Part shown: one piece after another, positions 1 to 8,649 of the stretch
Layout of the letters: every line of letters begins with the position of its first letter
Position numbering within the stretch: the stretch's first letter is position 1
Source of the DNA: a virus
Strand: one strand, 5' to 3'
DNA: 40,395 bases
Virus record (IMG/VR): IMGVR_UViG_3300045988_071833
Position numbers and translations under genes: made by a program
Notes under the pieces: generated by a model
Databases searched by the model: none
Seen by the model: only the letters and a program-made list of their open reading frames with translations
Told to the model about the DNA's origin: nothing

Positions 1-51
1 CGTCTGCTACGGGCAACTTTGGCGCTGCGTCTGCTACGGGCTACCAGGGCG
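1..51. repeat. Terminal direct repeat identical to 40345-40395 (circular-assembly overlap or terminal redundancy)
   Basis: cgtctgctacgggcaactttggcgctgcgtctgctacgggctaccagggcg is present at both window ends. Confidence 0.85.
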
Positions 52-95
52 CTGCGTCTGCTACGGGCGACCATGGCGCTGCGTCTGCTACGGGC
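1..95. repeat. 27-bp in-frame tandem repeat (continuation of 40102-40395)
   Basis: Unit gcgtctgctacgggcNNNNNNggcgct encodes ASATGxxGA. Confidence 0.9.
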
Positions 96-296
96 AAAGC
101 GGGAGTCGCACTTGCGGCAGGGTTTTGCTGCAAGGCAAAGGGAGCGCTTGGGTGTGCAATCTGTGTGGTAGAGCGCGGTGCGTGGGACGGGGAGACGTAT
201 CCTATCATCAACATCAAAGCAGCGGTTGTAGACGGGGAGACCATTAAGGCAGATACATATTATACTCTGCTTGACGGAGAGCTGGTCGAGGGATAA
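1..296 (+). CDS. C-terminal part of nonapeptide-repeat (beta-helix-like) protein, continuing 39783..40395 across the circular junction
   Basis: Open at the window start (codons from nt 3). Reads ASATGNFGA/ASATGYQGA/ASATGDHGA repeats, then GVALAAGFCCKAKGALGCAICVVERGAWDGETYPIINIKAAVVDGETIKADTYYTLLDGELVEG, with TAA at 294-296. Confidence 0.8.
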   Translation, partial: SATGNFGAASATGYQGAASATGDHGAASATGKAGVALAAGFCCKAKGALGCAICVVERGAWDGETYPIINIKAAVVDGETIKADTYYTLLDGELVEG

Positions 297-320
297 AAGC
301 GCCGCCTCAAGATTGGCTAA

Positions 321-413
321 GCCCTGACGGCGTACAATGAGGGCCACGACACTGGAGACCGGGAGTATGCGGAGACGGTGATCGAGGCGGCTGAGAAATG
401 GAGGAGCGCATAA
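321..413 (+). pseudogene. Remnant of the 3' end of a lytic transglycosylase gene (paralogous to the end of 39184..39786)
   Basis: The frame opens after TAA at 318 and reads ALTAYNEGHDTGDREYAETVIEAAEKWRSA*. The intact gene ends AALTAYRWGQDNGTRTYAATVFEAAEKWRGK*. A 21-nt stretch gaggcggctgagaaatggagg is identical at 384-404 and 39757-39777. Confidence 0.65.
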
Positions 414-1126
414 TGACCGGGGATTTTAGGATAACTTTGGCCTATCTAAAAGAGCTTGGGGCGTGTCGAGACGGGCAACGTGAGTTTCGCAAGGCGTTTC
501 CTGACGGCGCAGGATACCAGGAGACGCTTGACAAGTGCGCTGATGCGGGGCGTGTTGATTTTGGCAAATGGCTATTGGATAAGCTGGGCCCTACAGACGA
601 TGTGCGCATCTACCAAGAGCCGATTGAGGACCGCAATAAAGTTATTATTTTTGCAGGCAGAATCGAGTTTGAGGCAGATATTAATGTAAAACATATTTTT
701 GCTGGTTGTGGCATCGAGGCTGGCTGGGGCATCAAGGCTGGCTGTGGCATCAAGGCTGGCTGTGGCATCGAGGCTGGCTGTGGCATCGAGGCTGGCTTGG
801 GCATCGAGGCTGGCTTGGGCATCAAGGCTGGCTGTGGCATCAAGGCTGGCTGTGACATCGAGGCTGGCCGGGGCATCGAGGCTGGCTGGGGCATCGAGGC
901 TGGCTGGGGCATCGAGGCTGGCTATGACATCGAGGCTGGCTGGGGATACGGGATTTTCGCCGGGATTCGCGTCAAAATCGAGCTATGGTCTAGCCTTGCG
1001 ATTGTTGAGGCAAACACTAAGCCAACAAATCTTATTTCTGGGCATTGGGTGGAACCAAATGCCCAGAAAAATGGGGGATCATATGTCGAAACGAATTACA
1101 CAACAAACCCGAAAAGAAGGGTATAA
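413..1126 (+). CDS. Hexapeptide-repeat (left-handed beta-helix-like) protein with a unique N-terminal domain
   Basis: GGAGGAG RBS 6 nt upstream of ATG 413 (alternative ATG at 398). About 14 consecutive hexads AGxGI[EK] (GIEAGW GIKAGC ...). N-terminus ITLAYLKELGACRDGQREFRKAFPDG. Confidence 0.75.
   Translation: MTGDFRITLAYLKELGACRDGQREFRKAFPDGAGYQETLDKCADAGRVDFGKWLLDKLGPTDDVRIYQEPIEDRNKVIIFAGRIEFEADINVKHIFAGCGIEAGWGIKAGCGIKAGCGIEAGCGIEAGLGIEAGLGIKAGCGIKAGCDIEAGRGIEAGWGIEAGWGIEAGYDIEAGWGYGIFAGIRVKIELWSSLAIVEANTKPTNLISGHWVEPNAQKNGGSYVETNYTTNPKRRV
701..952. repeat. 18-bp in-frame tandem repeat, about 14 copies
   Basis: Unit gctggctgtggcatcgag with third-position and Cys/Trp/Leu-codon variation; it encodes the hexapeptide repeats. 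Confidence 0.9.
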
Positions 1127-1376
1127 TCGAGCGCTGTCCACGATCACGCCGCGCCAAGCTCTAATTATATCGGCACTCAGGACGGGACCGATGACTGCGG
1201 CTGAGGTGGCGGACAAGCTAGGGTTTGGAGACCTCAATGCGGTTAGGCCACGACTCAATGAGTTGGAAAAGATGGACATTGTACGTGTAATAGATAAGCG
1301 GATCAACCCGCACAGCGGCATAAACAATGCGGTGTATGAGCTTAAAAGGGAGGCCGAAGAATGCTGCATCCAATAA
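1083..1376 (+). CDS. Winged-helix (MarR/wHTH-like) DNA-binding protein
   Basis: GGGGGA RBS then ATG 1083. Sequence ITPRQALIISALRTGPMTAAEVADKLGFGDLNAVRPRLNELEKMDIVRV. The upstream part of ORF 699..1376 is a repeat-frame artefact. Confidence 0.7.
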   Translation: MSKRITQQTRKEGYNRALSTITPRQALIISALRTGPMTAAEVADKLGFGDLNAVRPRLNELEKMDIVRVIDKRINPHSGINNAVYELKREAEECCIQ

Positions 1377-1633
1377 TGGACGATCCGCAAGACCGCAGCG
1401 CAGAGGCTTATTGCCAACATTGTGGAGCAGAGCTTTGGGGCAGCGACGCGGAGCCAGATTGCGGAGGTAAAACCTTATGCCCGCAATGTCGGGAAGATTT
1501 AGCCGAAACGGAGCACCGGAAAGAGATGATCACAGCAGTTTTGGAGGCAGCAGACCAAGAAAACAAAAAGTATTTGTCTGATGATGTGTGCAACATCATC
1601 TGGAACAGGCTGGTTTCTAAATTTGGAATATAG
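1361..1633 (+). CDS. Small zinc-ribbon protein
   Basis: CQHCG...CPQC motif; overlaps the upstream gene end; RBS GGGAGG. Confidence 0.6.
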   Translation: MLHPIMDDPQDRSAEAYCQHCGAELWGSDAEPDCGGKTLCPQCREDLAETEHRKEMITAVLEAADQENKKYLSDDVCNIIWNRLVSKFGI

Positions 1634-1642
1634 GAGGCCAAA

Positions 1643-2239
1643 TTGAATATTTACGAAAAAATTGCCTCCATTATGGGGGATATCCAGTACCTTGCAAAGG
1701 ACGATAGGGTAGAGTTTAACAAAACCAGTTATCGTGCCCTGTCAGAAGAAAAAGTCACCTCTATCATGCGGGCGGAGCTGTTAAAGCACAAATTGATTGT
1801 GTACCCAGTGGCCCAGGCCACGAATCGTGCAGGCACGATTACCCACGTGGATGTGACATATCGGATGGTCAATGTGGAAGACCCCAAGGAATACATAGAG
1901 ATCGCATCTTGCGGAGACGGCGCGGACACGCAGGATAAGGGGAGCGGCAAGGCGATGACGTATGCATTTAAGTACATGTGGCTCAGGACATTTGCTTTGC
2001 CGACCGGAGAGGACCCTGACAAGATTTCCAGCGCGGAATTAGATGCGAAACAGGCAAATATACAGCCTCCAGGGCCTCCTTGCGCGGACTGTGGGAAAGA
2101 GATTATGCCATACAACGATGGTAAGAGAGCCATCACCGCCGCAGAAATGGCAGCTCGATCCACGGAGATGTTTGGGCGAGCGCTATGTGCTAAGTGCTCC
2201 AAGGCGGAGGGCCGAAGAAGGGCGGATGCTGGCGCATGA
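1643..2239 (+). CDS. erf: Erf-family single-strand annealing recombinase with C-terminal CxxC...CxxC zinc ribbon
   Basis: AGGAGG plus TTG start. MNIYEKIASIMGDIQYLAKD...YRALSEEKVTSIMRAELLKHKLIVYP...GSGKAMTYAFKYMWLRTFALPTGEDPD is typical of the ERF superfamily. Confidence 0.85.
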   Translation: MNIYEKIASIMGDIQYLAKDDRVEFNKTSYRALSEEKVTSIMRAELLKHKLIVYPVAQATNRAGTITHVDVTYRMVNVEDPKEYIEIASCGDGADTQDKGSGKAMTYAFKYMWLRTFALPTGEDPDKISSAELDAKQANIQPPGPPCADCGKEIMPYNDGKRAITAAEMAARSTEMFGRALCAKCSKAEGRRRADAGA

Positions 2240-2766
2240 TACTGACCTGTGACAAGGCCCGTTGGTATGAGGACAGTGAGGGGTTTTGGGCGGCGTTCCG
2301 CACACGGGACCGGGCATCAGCCGCCAAGATTGCTGAGCAGATGGACGGCGCTTGGGTGGTGGAGGCCAGGGAACAGCCCCGTAGGCGAAGCCTGGACGCT
2401 AACGCCTACCTGTGGGTACTGCTGGACAAACTTGCGGCGGCACTGGGACAGACCAAGGAGGAGATGTACCGGGGCTTTATCCGGGAGATTGGTGTCTTCC
2501 GGGATTTCCACCTTGCGCCGGAAGAGGCGGCAACCTTTGAGGTGGCATGGTCCCGGCTGGGAACCGGGTGGGTCACGGAGCATGTGGACTACACCCGCGA
2601 TGGGGAGCAGGTGGTGATCCGGGCCTATTACGGCAGCAGTCAATACAACACCAAGCAGATGGCCCGCCTTATCCGCAGCGTGGTAGAGGAGTGCAAAGCA
2701 CAAGGGATAGAGACTATGACACCGGAGGAGCTGGCCGGTCTGATGGACCGCTGGCAGGCTGTTTGA
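2236..2766 (+). CDS. ninB: NinB/Orf-like recombination mediator
   Basis: ATGA overlap with erf. RRRSLDANAYLWVLLDKLAAAL resembles lambda NinB RNRSLDQNRKLWACLGDVSRQV. Confidence 0.7.
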   Translation: MILTCDKARWYEDSEGFWAAFRTRDRASAAKIAEQMDGAWVVEAREQPRRRSLDANAYLWVLLDKLAAALGQTKEEMYRGFIREIGVFRDFHLAPEEAATFEVAWSRLGTGWVTEHVDYTRDGEQVVIRAYYGSSQYNTKQMARLIRSVVEECKAQGIETMTPEELAGLMDRWQAV

Positions 2767-3047
2767 TGGATAGCATTTTACAGGGCGATACGCGAGAGTG
2801 CTACCTCACAGGGGCAACAGATGGGCTCCATAGACATCATATTTATTTCGGCAATCCTAACCGCAAAATCAGCGAGGCAAACGGGTTCTGGGTATGGCTC
2901 CGCTGGGACTGGCACAATGGTGCCGAGTATGGAGTGCATTTTAACAGAGACCTGGACTTAAAGCTTAAGCGGGAGTGCCAAGAGAAATACGAGGAGACAC
3001 ACAGTCGGGAAGAATTTCGAAAACTGATCGGGAAAAGTTACTTATAG
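2766..3047 (+). CDS. Small HNH-motif (His-Me finger-like) protein
   Basis: ATG overlaps the upstream TGA. Sequence LHRHHIYFGNPNRKISEANGFWVWLRWDWHNGAEYGVHFN. Confidence 0.55.
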   Translation: MDSILQGDTRECYLTGATDGLHRHHIYFGNPNRKISEANGFWVWLRWDWHNGAEYGVHFNRDLDLKLKRECQEKYEETHSREEFRKLIGKSYL

Positions 3048-3058
3048 GAGGGCGAAGC

Positions 3059-3472
3059 ATGCTCAACAAAATTTTTATCATGGGGCGGCTCACCAGAGAC
3101 CCGGAACTACGTCAGACGCAAACCGGGACCGCAGTGGCATCATTTACTCTAGCCGTGGACCGGGACTTCAAGGACAAGGAGACCGGGGAGAAGAAGGCGG
3201 ACTTCATCAATGTGGTTGCCTGGCGCTCCACCGCCGAGTTTGTCTCCCGGTATTTCACCAAGGGCCGTATGGCCGTCGTGGAAGGCCGTCTCCAGATCCG
3301 GGATTACACGGACCGGAACGGCAATAAGCGCACCGCCGCAGAGGTAGTGGCCGACAACGTCTATTTTGGTGACTCCAAGCGGGACGCCGATGGCGGCGGC
3401 TATGCCGCGCCTCAACAGCCTGGAGACGGATTCGCTGAGCTTGAGGACGATGACGGCGATCTCCCCTTTTAA
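3059..3472 (+). CDS. ssb: Single-stranded DNA-binding protein
   Basis: AGGAGGG RBS. MLNKIFIMGRLTRDPELRQTQTGTAVASFTLAV...INVVAWRSTAEFVSRYFTKGRMAVVEGRLQIRDY; acidic tip DDDGDLPF. Confidence 0.95.
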   Translation: MLNKIFIMGRLTRDPELRQTQTGTAVASFTLAVDRDFKDKETGEKKADFINVVAWRSTAEFVSRYFTKGRMAVVEGRLQIRDYTDRNGNKRTAAEVVADNVYFGDSKRDADGGGYAAPQQPGDGFAELEDDDGDLPF

Positions 3473-3487
3473 GGGGGTACCGAGATC

Positions 3488-4387
3488 ATGGCGGGAAAAC
3501 CGAAGACCGGGCTTGACTATGCCGGGTGGTCGGTGAATCTCTTTGACGGCGACACAAAGATCGACAAGCTCCTGGACGCACAGGGCTGGACCGGGTTCGG
3601 CATTTATTTTTACCTGTGCCAGATGGCTTACAAATTTGACGGATACTTCTACCGTTGGGCTTATGACGATTCTGCATCCACCGCAAGGCGGATGGGGGGC
3701 GGCATTGGGTCCGGGACCGTTGAGGAGACGGTGAGATACTGCTTGCAAATTGGTCTCTTTGATCAGGGGCTGTTTGACGGGTGGGGCATCTTAACGAGTA
3801 GAGGTATACAGAGGCGATTCTACGCCGCGATCCAGGAGCGGCGCAGAAAAGCCGTCATATCAGATTACTGGCTCCTGAACGATGAAGAATCGAGGGGTCT
3901 GGAAAAGTGCGCCTCATATGAGAATGCTCCACCTGCAAATGAGCATTTGCCACCGGCAGATGGTCATTTGCCCCAGGCAAATGCCTATAAAAGTAAAGTA
4001 AAGGAAAGTAAAGGAGAGGAGGTACGCGCGTGCGCGCGTAAGGACCCTGATATCGCTCATGTGTTTGGTTACTATTTTGACCACATCTGCCCCCAGATGA
4101 CCCAAAGGGCAGCGGATGAGTTGAAGGCATATATCAGCGCTATGGGGCCTGAATGCTGCATTCGCGGGATGGACGAGGCCATCGAGGGCGGTGTATTGAC
4201 TTGGAAATATGTAAAAGGCGTACTGGACGCCAAGCGGAAGCAGGGTGTGAAGAGCATGGAGGACTGGGACGAGCTGGAGAAGCGGAGAAATCAGACAGAA
4301 CCGCCCACAGCTCCGCCGCGCCCTGCAAAGAGATATCAGACGGTGGAGATCGATGGGAAGCTGGTAGATGTAGAGGTGAAAGCATGA
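3488..4387 (+). CDS. Phage replisome organiser / DnaD-domain replication initiation protein
   Basis: The N-terminus (YAGWSVNLFDGDTKIDKLLDAQGWTGFGIYFYLCQMAY) resembles Lin1244/DUF4373. The C-terminus (TWKYVKGVLDAKRKQG) resembles a DnaD domain. The central linker is repetitive. Confidence 0.75.
   Translation: MAGKPKTGLDYAGWSVNLFDGDTKIDKLLDAQGWTGFGIYFYLCQMAYKFDGYFYRWAYDDSASTARRMGGGIGSGTVEETVRYCLQIGLFDQGLFDGWGILTSRGIQRRFYAAIQERRRKAVISDYWLLNDEESRGLEKCASYENAPPANEHLPPADGHLPQANAYKSKVKESKGEEVRACARKDPDIAHVFGYYFDHICPQMTQRAADELKAYISAMGPECCIRGMDEAIEGGVLTWKYVKGVLDAKRKQGVKSMEDWDELEKRRNQTEPPTAPPRPAKRYQTVEIDGKLVDVEVKA
3931..4020. other. Candidate origin-of-replication repeats inside the replisome-organiser gene
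   Basis: Inverted and direct copies of GGCAAATG/CATTTGCC (3935-3951, 3955-3972, 3976-3985), followed by an AT-rich direct repeat agtaaagtaaaggaaagtaaagg. Confidence 0.35.
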
Positions 4388-5649
4388 AACAGGGCATATC
4401 GCCCGACGTATCGCTTGCCGGGTCCATCCTGATCGACCCCAGGTGTCTGGATGAGGTGCGGCGGACGATTACGCCGGAGATGTTCGGGGACCGGCGGTGC
4501 CGGGCCATCTACGAGGCCGCCTGCGAGCTTTCCGACGAGGGAGCGACGGTAGACCCCGTGACGATCCGGAGCCGGGCGGCGGAGTGGGACGACGCCTTCT
4601 CGCAGCAGGCCATGGAGATCACGTTGACGGCGGCCAATGTGGGGGCATACTGTGAGGCGCTGCATACGGAGTTTCTGCGCCGGGAGCTGCTGGCGGGCAT
4701 ACAGGAGCGGGCGGACGCCCTGCTGGCGGGCCATGACCCGCTGGGAGAGGCGACGGAGCTGCTGACGCTGACGGAGCGCATCGCAGAGGGCAGCTACGAC
4801 GCCGGAGTGGTATCGGCGCGGGAGGCGGCTGCGGAACTTCTGGAGGACCTGGACCGTGTAGATGAGGGGTATCGGGCCTTCGTGGAGACCGGAATTTCGG
4901 ATCTTGACCGCATCCTGGGGGGCGGTCTGATCCGGGAGGGACTGTATATCCTGGCCGCCCGGCCTGGCTGCGGAAAAACCACGCTGGCCGCAGCGCTGGC
5001 GGAACGGATGCTGGAAAGGGGGAGGCGAATCCTTTTTATCAGCCTGGAGATGTCAAGAAAGCAGCTCATGGCCCGCAGGGTGGCGGCGGATGTGGGGCGT
5101 GCCACGGCGGCCCAGATCCTGCGGGGAGAACTGTCGGAGGAGGAGCGGAAAGCCGTGGGGGAAAGCCTCGTGAAGCTCGCCAAACGGCCATTGTTTTTTA
5201 ACAGAAGGGCCTCCCTGAACACCTCTGAAATTCAGTTCCTCGCCAAACAGAACCGGGCGGATGTGGTGATCATCGACTACCTGGGACTGATGAAGCACGA
5301 CGCAGGTAAGAGTCTTTATGAGCGAGTCACTGGCACAAGTAATCAGCTCAAGCGGATGGCGCGGGGCCTGGAGACGCCAGTTCTATGTCTGGCACAGCTC
5401 AATCGGGGAGTAGAGGGGCGGCAAAACCAGGAGCCGCGACTTTCCGATTTGCGGGACAGCGGAGCCATAGAGCAGGATGCGGACGGTGTACTGCTCATAC
5501 ACAGGCCGGCGATAGAGGATGCGGACGAATATGGTCCCACACCCATGGAGGTCACAGTGGCAAAGAACCGCCACGGTAGGACGGGGAAAATTGAGCTCAA
5601 CTGGTACATGAGGAGCGGACGAATACTGGAGGTGCGCCACCGTGGATAG
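4384..5649 (+). CDS. dnaB: DnaB-type replicative DNA helicase
   Basis: ATGA overlap. DnaB N-domain (AGSILIDPRCLDEV). Walker A ARPGCGKTT. RecA-like C-terminus (LSDLRDSGAIEQDADGVLLIHRP). Confidence 0.9.
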   Translation: MKQGISPDVSLAGSILIDPRCLDEVRRTITPEMFGDRRCRAIYEAACELSDEGATVDPVTIRSRAAEWDDAFSQQAMEITLTAANVGAYCEALHTEFLRRELLAGIQERADALLAGHDPLGEATELLTLTERIAEGSYDAGVVSAREAAAELLEDLDRVDEGYRAFVETGISDLDRILGGGLIREGLYILAARPGCGKTTLAAALAERMLERGRRILFISLEMSRKQLMARRVAADVGRATAAQILRGELSEEERKAVGESLVKLAKRPLFFNRRASLNTSEIQFLAKQNRADVVIIDYLGLMKHDAGKSLYERVTGTSNQLKRMARGLETPVLCLAQLNRGVEGRQNQEPRLSDLRDSGAIEQDADGVLLIHRPAIEDADEYGPTPMEVTVAKNRHGRTGKIELNWYMRSGRILEVRHRG

Positions 5650-5677
5650 GAGAAGGGCAAGGGCGATCCTGAAAGGG

Positions 5678-5788
5678 ATGGAGATGAAATATCGGGCCAT
5701 GATCGGCATTGGGTCTGATTTTGACGAGATATATGCGCAGTTTGTGGAGGCGCTGGAAATGGCGGGAAGGGCTCTGGACCATGATTAA
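5678..5788 (+). CDS. Possible small ORF (36 aa; 48 aa if GTG 5642 is used)
   Basis: MEMKYRAMIGIGSDFDEIYAQFVEALEMAGRALDHD fills the dnaB-rusA gap and overlaps the rusA start; below the ORF-track cutoff. Confidence 0.3.
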   Translation: MEMKYRAMIGIGSDFDEIYAQFVEALEMAGRALDHD

Positions 5789-6179
5789 ATTTATGATCCC
5801 ATATCCGCCCACCAAAGCGGGTAAGACAGCGTGGAACAAGCGGTACGGGCTGAATGCCTACTACGCCGGGAAACACCATCAGGTGAGAAAAAAAGACGCG
5901 CAGGAGCTGCACACCATCGCCTGGGCGGCAATGAAACAGGCGAAGGTCAGAAAGAAAATGGTGACGGGACCGGTGGAAGTCAGATTTTGCTGGGACGATA
6001 ACCTGGACATTGATAACCACGCCGTCATTGGGAAAGCCGTGGTAGACGCCATGAAGGGCTATTTGCTCCCGGATGATAACCGAAAGTGGGTGCGTAAAGT
6101 ATCCCACGAGTTTTGGGACGGAGGCGCTATCCTGGTTGAGGTACGGAAATATGAGAAAAATACTGATTTATACCTGTGA
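5781..6179 (+). CDS. rusA: RusA-family Holliday junction resolvase
   Basis: DDNLDIDNHAVIGKAVVDAMKGYLLPDDNRKWV matches the RusA D-x-D-N...K...DA...DD catalytic signature. Confidence 0.75.
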   Translation: MIKFMIPYPPTKAGKTAWNKRYGLNAYYAGKHHQVRKKDAQELHTIAWAAMKQAKVRKKMVTGPVEVRFCWDDNLDIDNHAVIGKAVVDAMKGYLLPDDNRKWVRKVSHEFWDGGAILVEVRKYEKNTDLYL

Positions 6180-6393
6180 GCGATGCGGGATTGAGTTTTC
6201 GGGGCGGAACAAACGGAAAGGCCGCATCCTGTGCTCAAAGTGTATGGATATTGAGTGGGAGGCCAGGCGGAGAGAACGGAAACGGACGAAATCAAGACCA
6301 CAGGGGCAAAGCCTGGCCCAAGTGGCAGCGGAGGCCCGGGCCCATGGGATGACGTATGGGCAGTGGGTGGCGCGGGCAGGAGGAGGAACATAG
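6151..6393 (+). CDS. Small basic zinc-ribbon protein
   Basis: MRKILIYTCERCGIEFSG...CSKC followed by an Arg/Lys-rich tail. Confidence 0.55.
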   Translation: MRKILIYTCERCGIEFSGRNKRKGRILCSKCMDIEWEARRRERKRTKSRPQGQSLAQVAAEARAHGMTYGQWVARAGGGT

Positions 6394-6752
6394 TGGATAT
6401 TGATAAGCTGATTGAGGCCATAAGGCTGTGCGGGAGTCAGCCGAACGTCCGGCAGTGCAGAAATTACGCTTACTATGCGGGCGGGGATATGAGCAGATGC
6501 ATCCCGCGCATGACGGCGGATGCCTCCGCCGCGCTCTCCGCGCTCCGGGCCGAGCTGGAGCAAGTGAAGCGTGAGAGGGATGCGGCGTATAAACTACTTG
6601 GTGGAGAGCCCCCAAAGACCTGTAAGACCTGTGTCCTTTGGGGTGGAAACGGATGGGGACAGTACCAAATTGGGTACTGTGACGGAGATGACAACCCGCA
6701 TGGGCCGAATGATTTTTGTTCCAGGCATCACGGGCCGCAGAAGGAGCTATGA
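6393..6752 (+). CDS. Hypothetical Cys-rich protein with a central coiled coil
   Basis: AGGAGGAGG RBS plus GTG 6393 overlapping the upstream TAG. Sequence ALSALRAELEQVKRERDAAYKLL...CKTCVLWGG. Confidence 0.55.
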   Translation: MDIDKLIEAIRLCGSQPNVRQCRNYAYYAGGDMSRCIPRMTADASAALSALRAELEQVKRERDAAYKLLGGEPPKTCKTCVLWGGNGWGQYQIGYCDGDDNPHGPNDFCSRHHGPQKEL

Positions 6753-7624
6753 AAATCGGACTCATTGATGTGGATGGGCATAGTGGGTTCCCAAATTTGG
6801 CGTTGATGCGCTTGTCGGCATGGCATAAAGCAAGAGGCGACGCCGTGGAGTGGTGGGATGGGTTCAAAGTCTACGACCGGGTATATATGAGCAAGGTCTT
6901 TACGTTTTCGCCGGACGTGGAGACCATCATCCGGGCGGATGAGGTGATCCGCGGTGGTACTGGTTACAAAGACTACGGCAGCCTCCCGCGAGAGATAGAG
7001 GCCACCTTGCCGGATTACAGCATCTATCCGCAGGTCAAGCACGCGATCGGCTTTTTGACCCGTGGATGTATCCGCAACTGCCCGTGGTGCATCGTCCCGC
7101 GCAAGGAGGGGGCAATACGCCCGGACTTTACATGGGAGAAAATAAAGCGATCGGACAGCCGTGATTTGGTGCTCTTGGACAACAATGTGCTGGCACACCC
7201 GCATGGGATAGAGCAAATCGACTCAATGGGTCATGCGCAGGTACGGGTGGACTTTAATCAGGGGTTGGATGCCAGACTAATTACAACGGACGTAGCCCGA
7301 ATGCTGTCAAAGCTGCGCTGGATACGGTTTGTGCGCCTGAGCTGCGACACAGCGTCAATGCTCCCGGTGATCGAGCAGGCGGTAGCCTATATGAGAGAGG
7401 CGGGAATCGCGCCGTTCCGATTTTGGTGTTACATGCTGGTACAGGATGTGGAGGAGGCTCACCGGCGCGCACTGGCACTGGACAAGCTGGATATTATCCC
7501 ATTTGCTCAGCCGTACAGAGATTATGACGGCGGTGAGCCAACTAAAGAGCAGCGCAGGTTTGCAAGATGGGTTAATATGCGAGCCGCATTTAAATCGTGC
7601 AAATGGGAGGACTTCTCGGGATGA
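6749..7624 (+). CDS. Phage radical SAM enzyme (substrate unknown)
   Basis: ATGA overlap and AAGGAG RBS. CIRNCPWC is a CxxxCxxC 4Fe-4S/SAM motif. N-terminus MKIGLIDVDGHSGFPNLALMRLSAWHK is Rossmann/B12-binding-like. Confidence 0.8.
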   Translation: MKIGLIDVDGHSGFPNLALMRLSAWHKARGDAVEWWDGFKVYDRVYMSKVFTFSPDVETIIRADEVIRGGTGYKDYGSLPREIEATLPDYSIYPQVKHAIGFLTRGCIRNCPWCIVPRKEGAIRPDFTWEKIKRSDSRDLVLLDNNVLAHPHGIEQIDSMGHAQVRVDFNQGLDARLITTDVARMLSKLRWIRFVRLSCDTASMLPVIEQAVAYMREAGIAPFRFWCYMLVQDVEEAHRRALALDKLDIIPFAQPYRDYDGGEPTKEQRRFARWVNMRAAFKSCKWEDFSG

Positions 7625-7648
7625 TTTGGAGATGGGAGGCAATGACCG

Positions 7649-8191
7649 ATGGCAAGGGCGATTGATGGAGAGTTGCTCGAACTGGAGATTGCAAATATTG
7701 CAAATAAACTGGCAAAATCCGATGCACAAAAGGCATTGATGGGACGGGTAATGTACTGCGTTGAGCATATGCCCACCCTCACCCCGCCGAACGAGTGGGT
7801 GAATCGAGTGAGAGAGCTTGACGAGCTGTACACAAAGCTCCAGATCGTAACAGGTTTTACAGCGGGGCAACTACTGGAAATTTTTGCTGCTGGGTATACG
7901 CTGGAAAAACCAGACTACTCAAAGAAATTTGCGGAAATGGAAAATCTGGCGGAAGCTGCCCAGCCGAACGAGCCGCTGACGCTGGAGGAACTGCGGGAGA
8001 TGGACGGTGTAAATGCGCTATGGGTACACAATCTTGCATGGGGATTACACAAGCCCCGTTTCATGCTGGTCCACAGTGTTTCGGAAGATTGGTGGACGTG
8101 CTGTGATTTTGATGGATTTGAAACCTTCTGTGCGGATGACTATGGGGGAAGATATTTATTATACCGCCGCCCGCCGGAGGTATCGCCATGA
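7649..8191 (+). CDS. Hypothetical protein
   Basis: 180-aa ORF in the plus-strand gene train; no recognisable motif. Confidence 0.55.
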   Translation: MARAIDGELLELEIANIANKLAKSDAQKALMGRVMYCVEHMPTLTPPNEWVNRVRELDELYTKLQIVTGFTAGQLLEIFAAGYTLEKPDYSKKFAEMENLAEAAQPNEPLTLEELREMDGVNALWVHNLAWGLHKPRFMLVHSVSEDWWTCCDFDGFETFCADDYGGRYLLYRRPPEVSP

Positions 8192-8391
8192 GACACCAAT
8201 ACACCCGCGCAGAGCTGGAATCCATCACCCAGGAGACCGCAATCTACATTGAGGGAGCAGGGATAGCCCAGCTCCAATGGGGCGGCCTGGAGATTGCAGA
8301 AGGAGTCAGAGACGGGTATCTATACTGCAAGCACATCAAGCCGTTTAGCCTGGAACTGTACGGCCAATACTGGACGGCCTGGCAAGGATGA
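8188..8391 (+). CDS. Hypothetical protein
   Basis: ATGA-coupled 67-aa ORF. Confidence 0.5.
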   Translation: MRHQYTRAELESITQETAIYIEGAGIAQLQWGGLEIAEGVRDGYLYCKHIKPFSLELYGQYWTAWQG

Positions 8392-8411
8392 GGCCCTTGG
8401 AGGTGGCATGG

Positions 8412-8639
8412 ATGACTGAACGAAAAATTTTTGGTTTCCCCAGTTACAACGTATCTCTTTCGGATGCAATTGAAATTGTGAAGTTTCGGCTGGATGACCC
8501 AGACATTGCCATGCAGTCAAAGGTTATGGCGATTGAGCAGGTGGCCGATATGGAAACACACAACAGTATCTCGAAGGATGGCCTTGTTGGTGCGCTTAAA
8601 TGGATTTATAAACACTATGACCTTCTGTGGGTTTTGTGA
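8412..8639 (+). CDS. Hypothetical protein (alternative start 8388)
   Basis: GGAGGTGG RBS 5 nt upstream of ATG 8412. The ATG at 8388 would be ATGA-coupled but has no RBS. Confidence 0.5.
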   Translation: MTERKIFGFPSYNVSLSDAIEIVKFRLDDPDIAMQSKVMAIEQVADMETHNSISKDGLVGALKWIYKHYDLLWVL

Positions 8640-8649
8640 GGTGGCGGGG

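Noticed and set aside
41-912. Minus-strand and alternate-frame ORFs running through the tandem repeats (41..244, 610..912, and the 5' part of 699..1376)
   Set aside because: These are repeat-generated open frames (PASMPQ.., ASRLAV.. periodic junk) with no RBS. The plus-strand frames give coherent domain-flanked proteins.
701-952. Regular short repeats (also at 40102-40395) as a possible CRISPR array
   Set aside because: The repeats are contiguous with no spacers, are 18 and 27 bp (multiples of 3), and lie in-frame within coding sequence.
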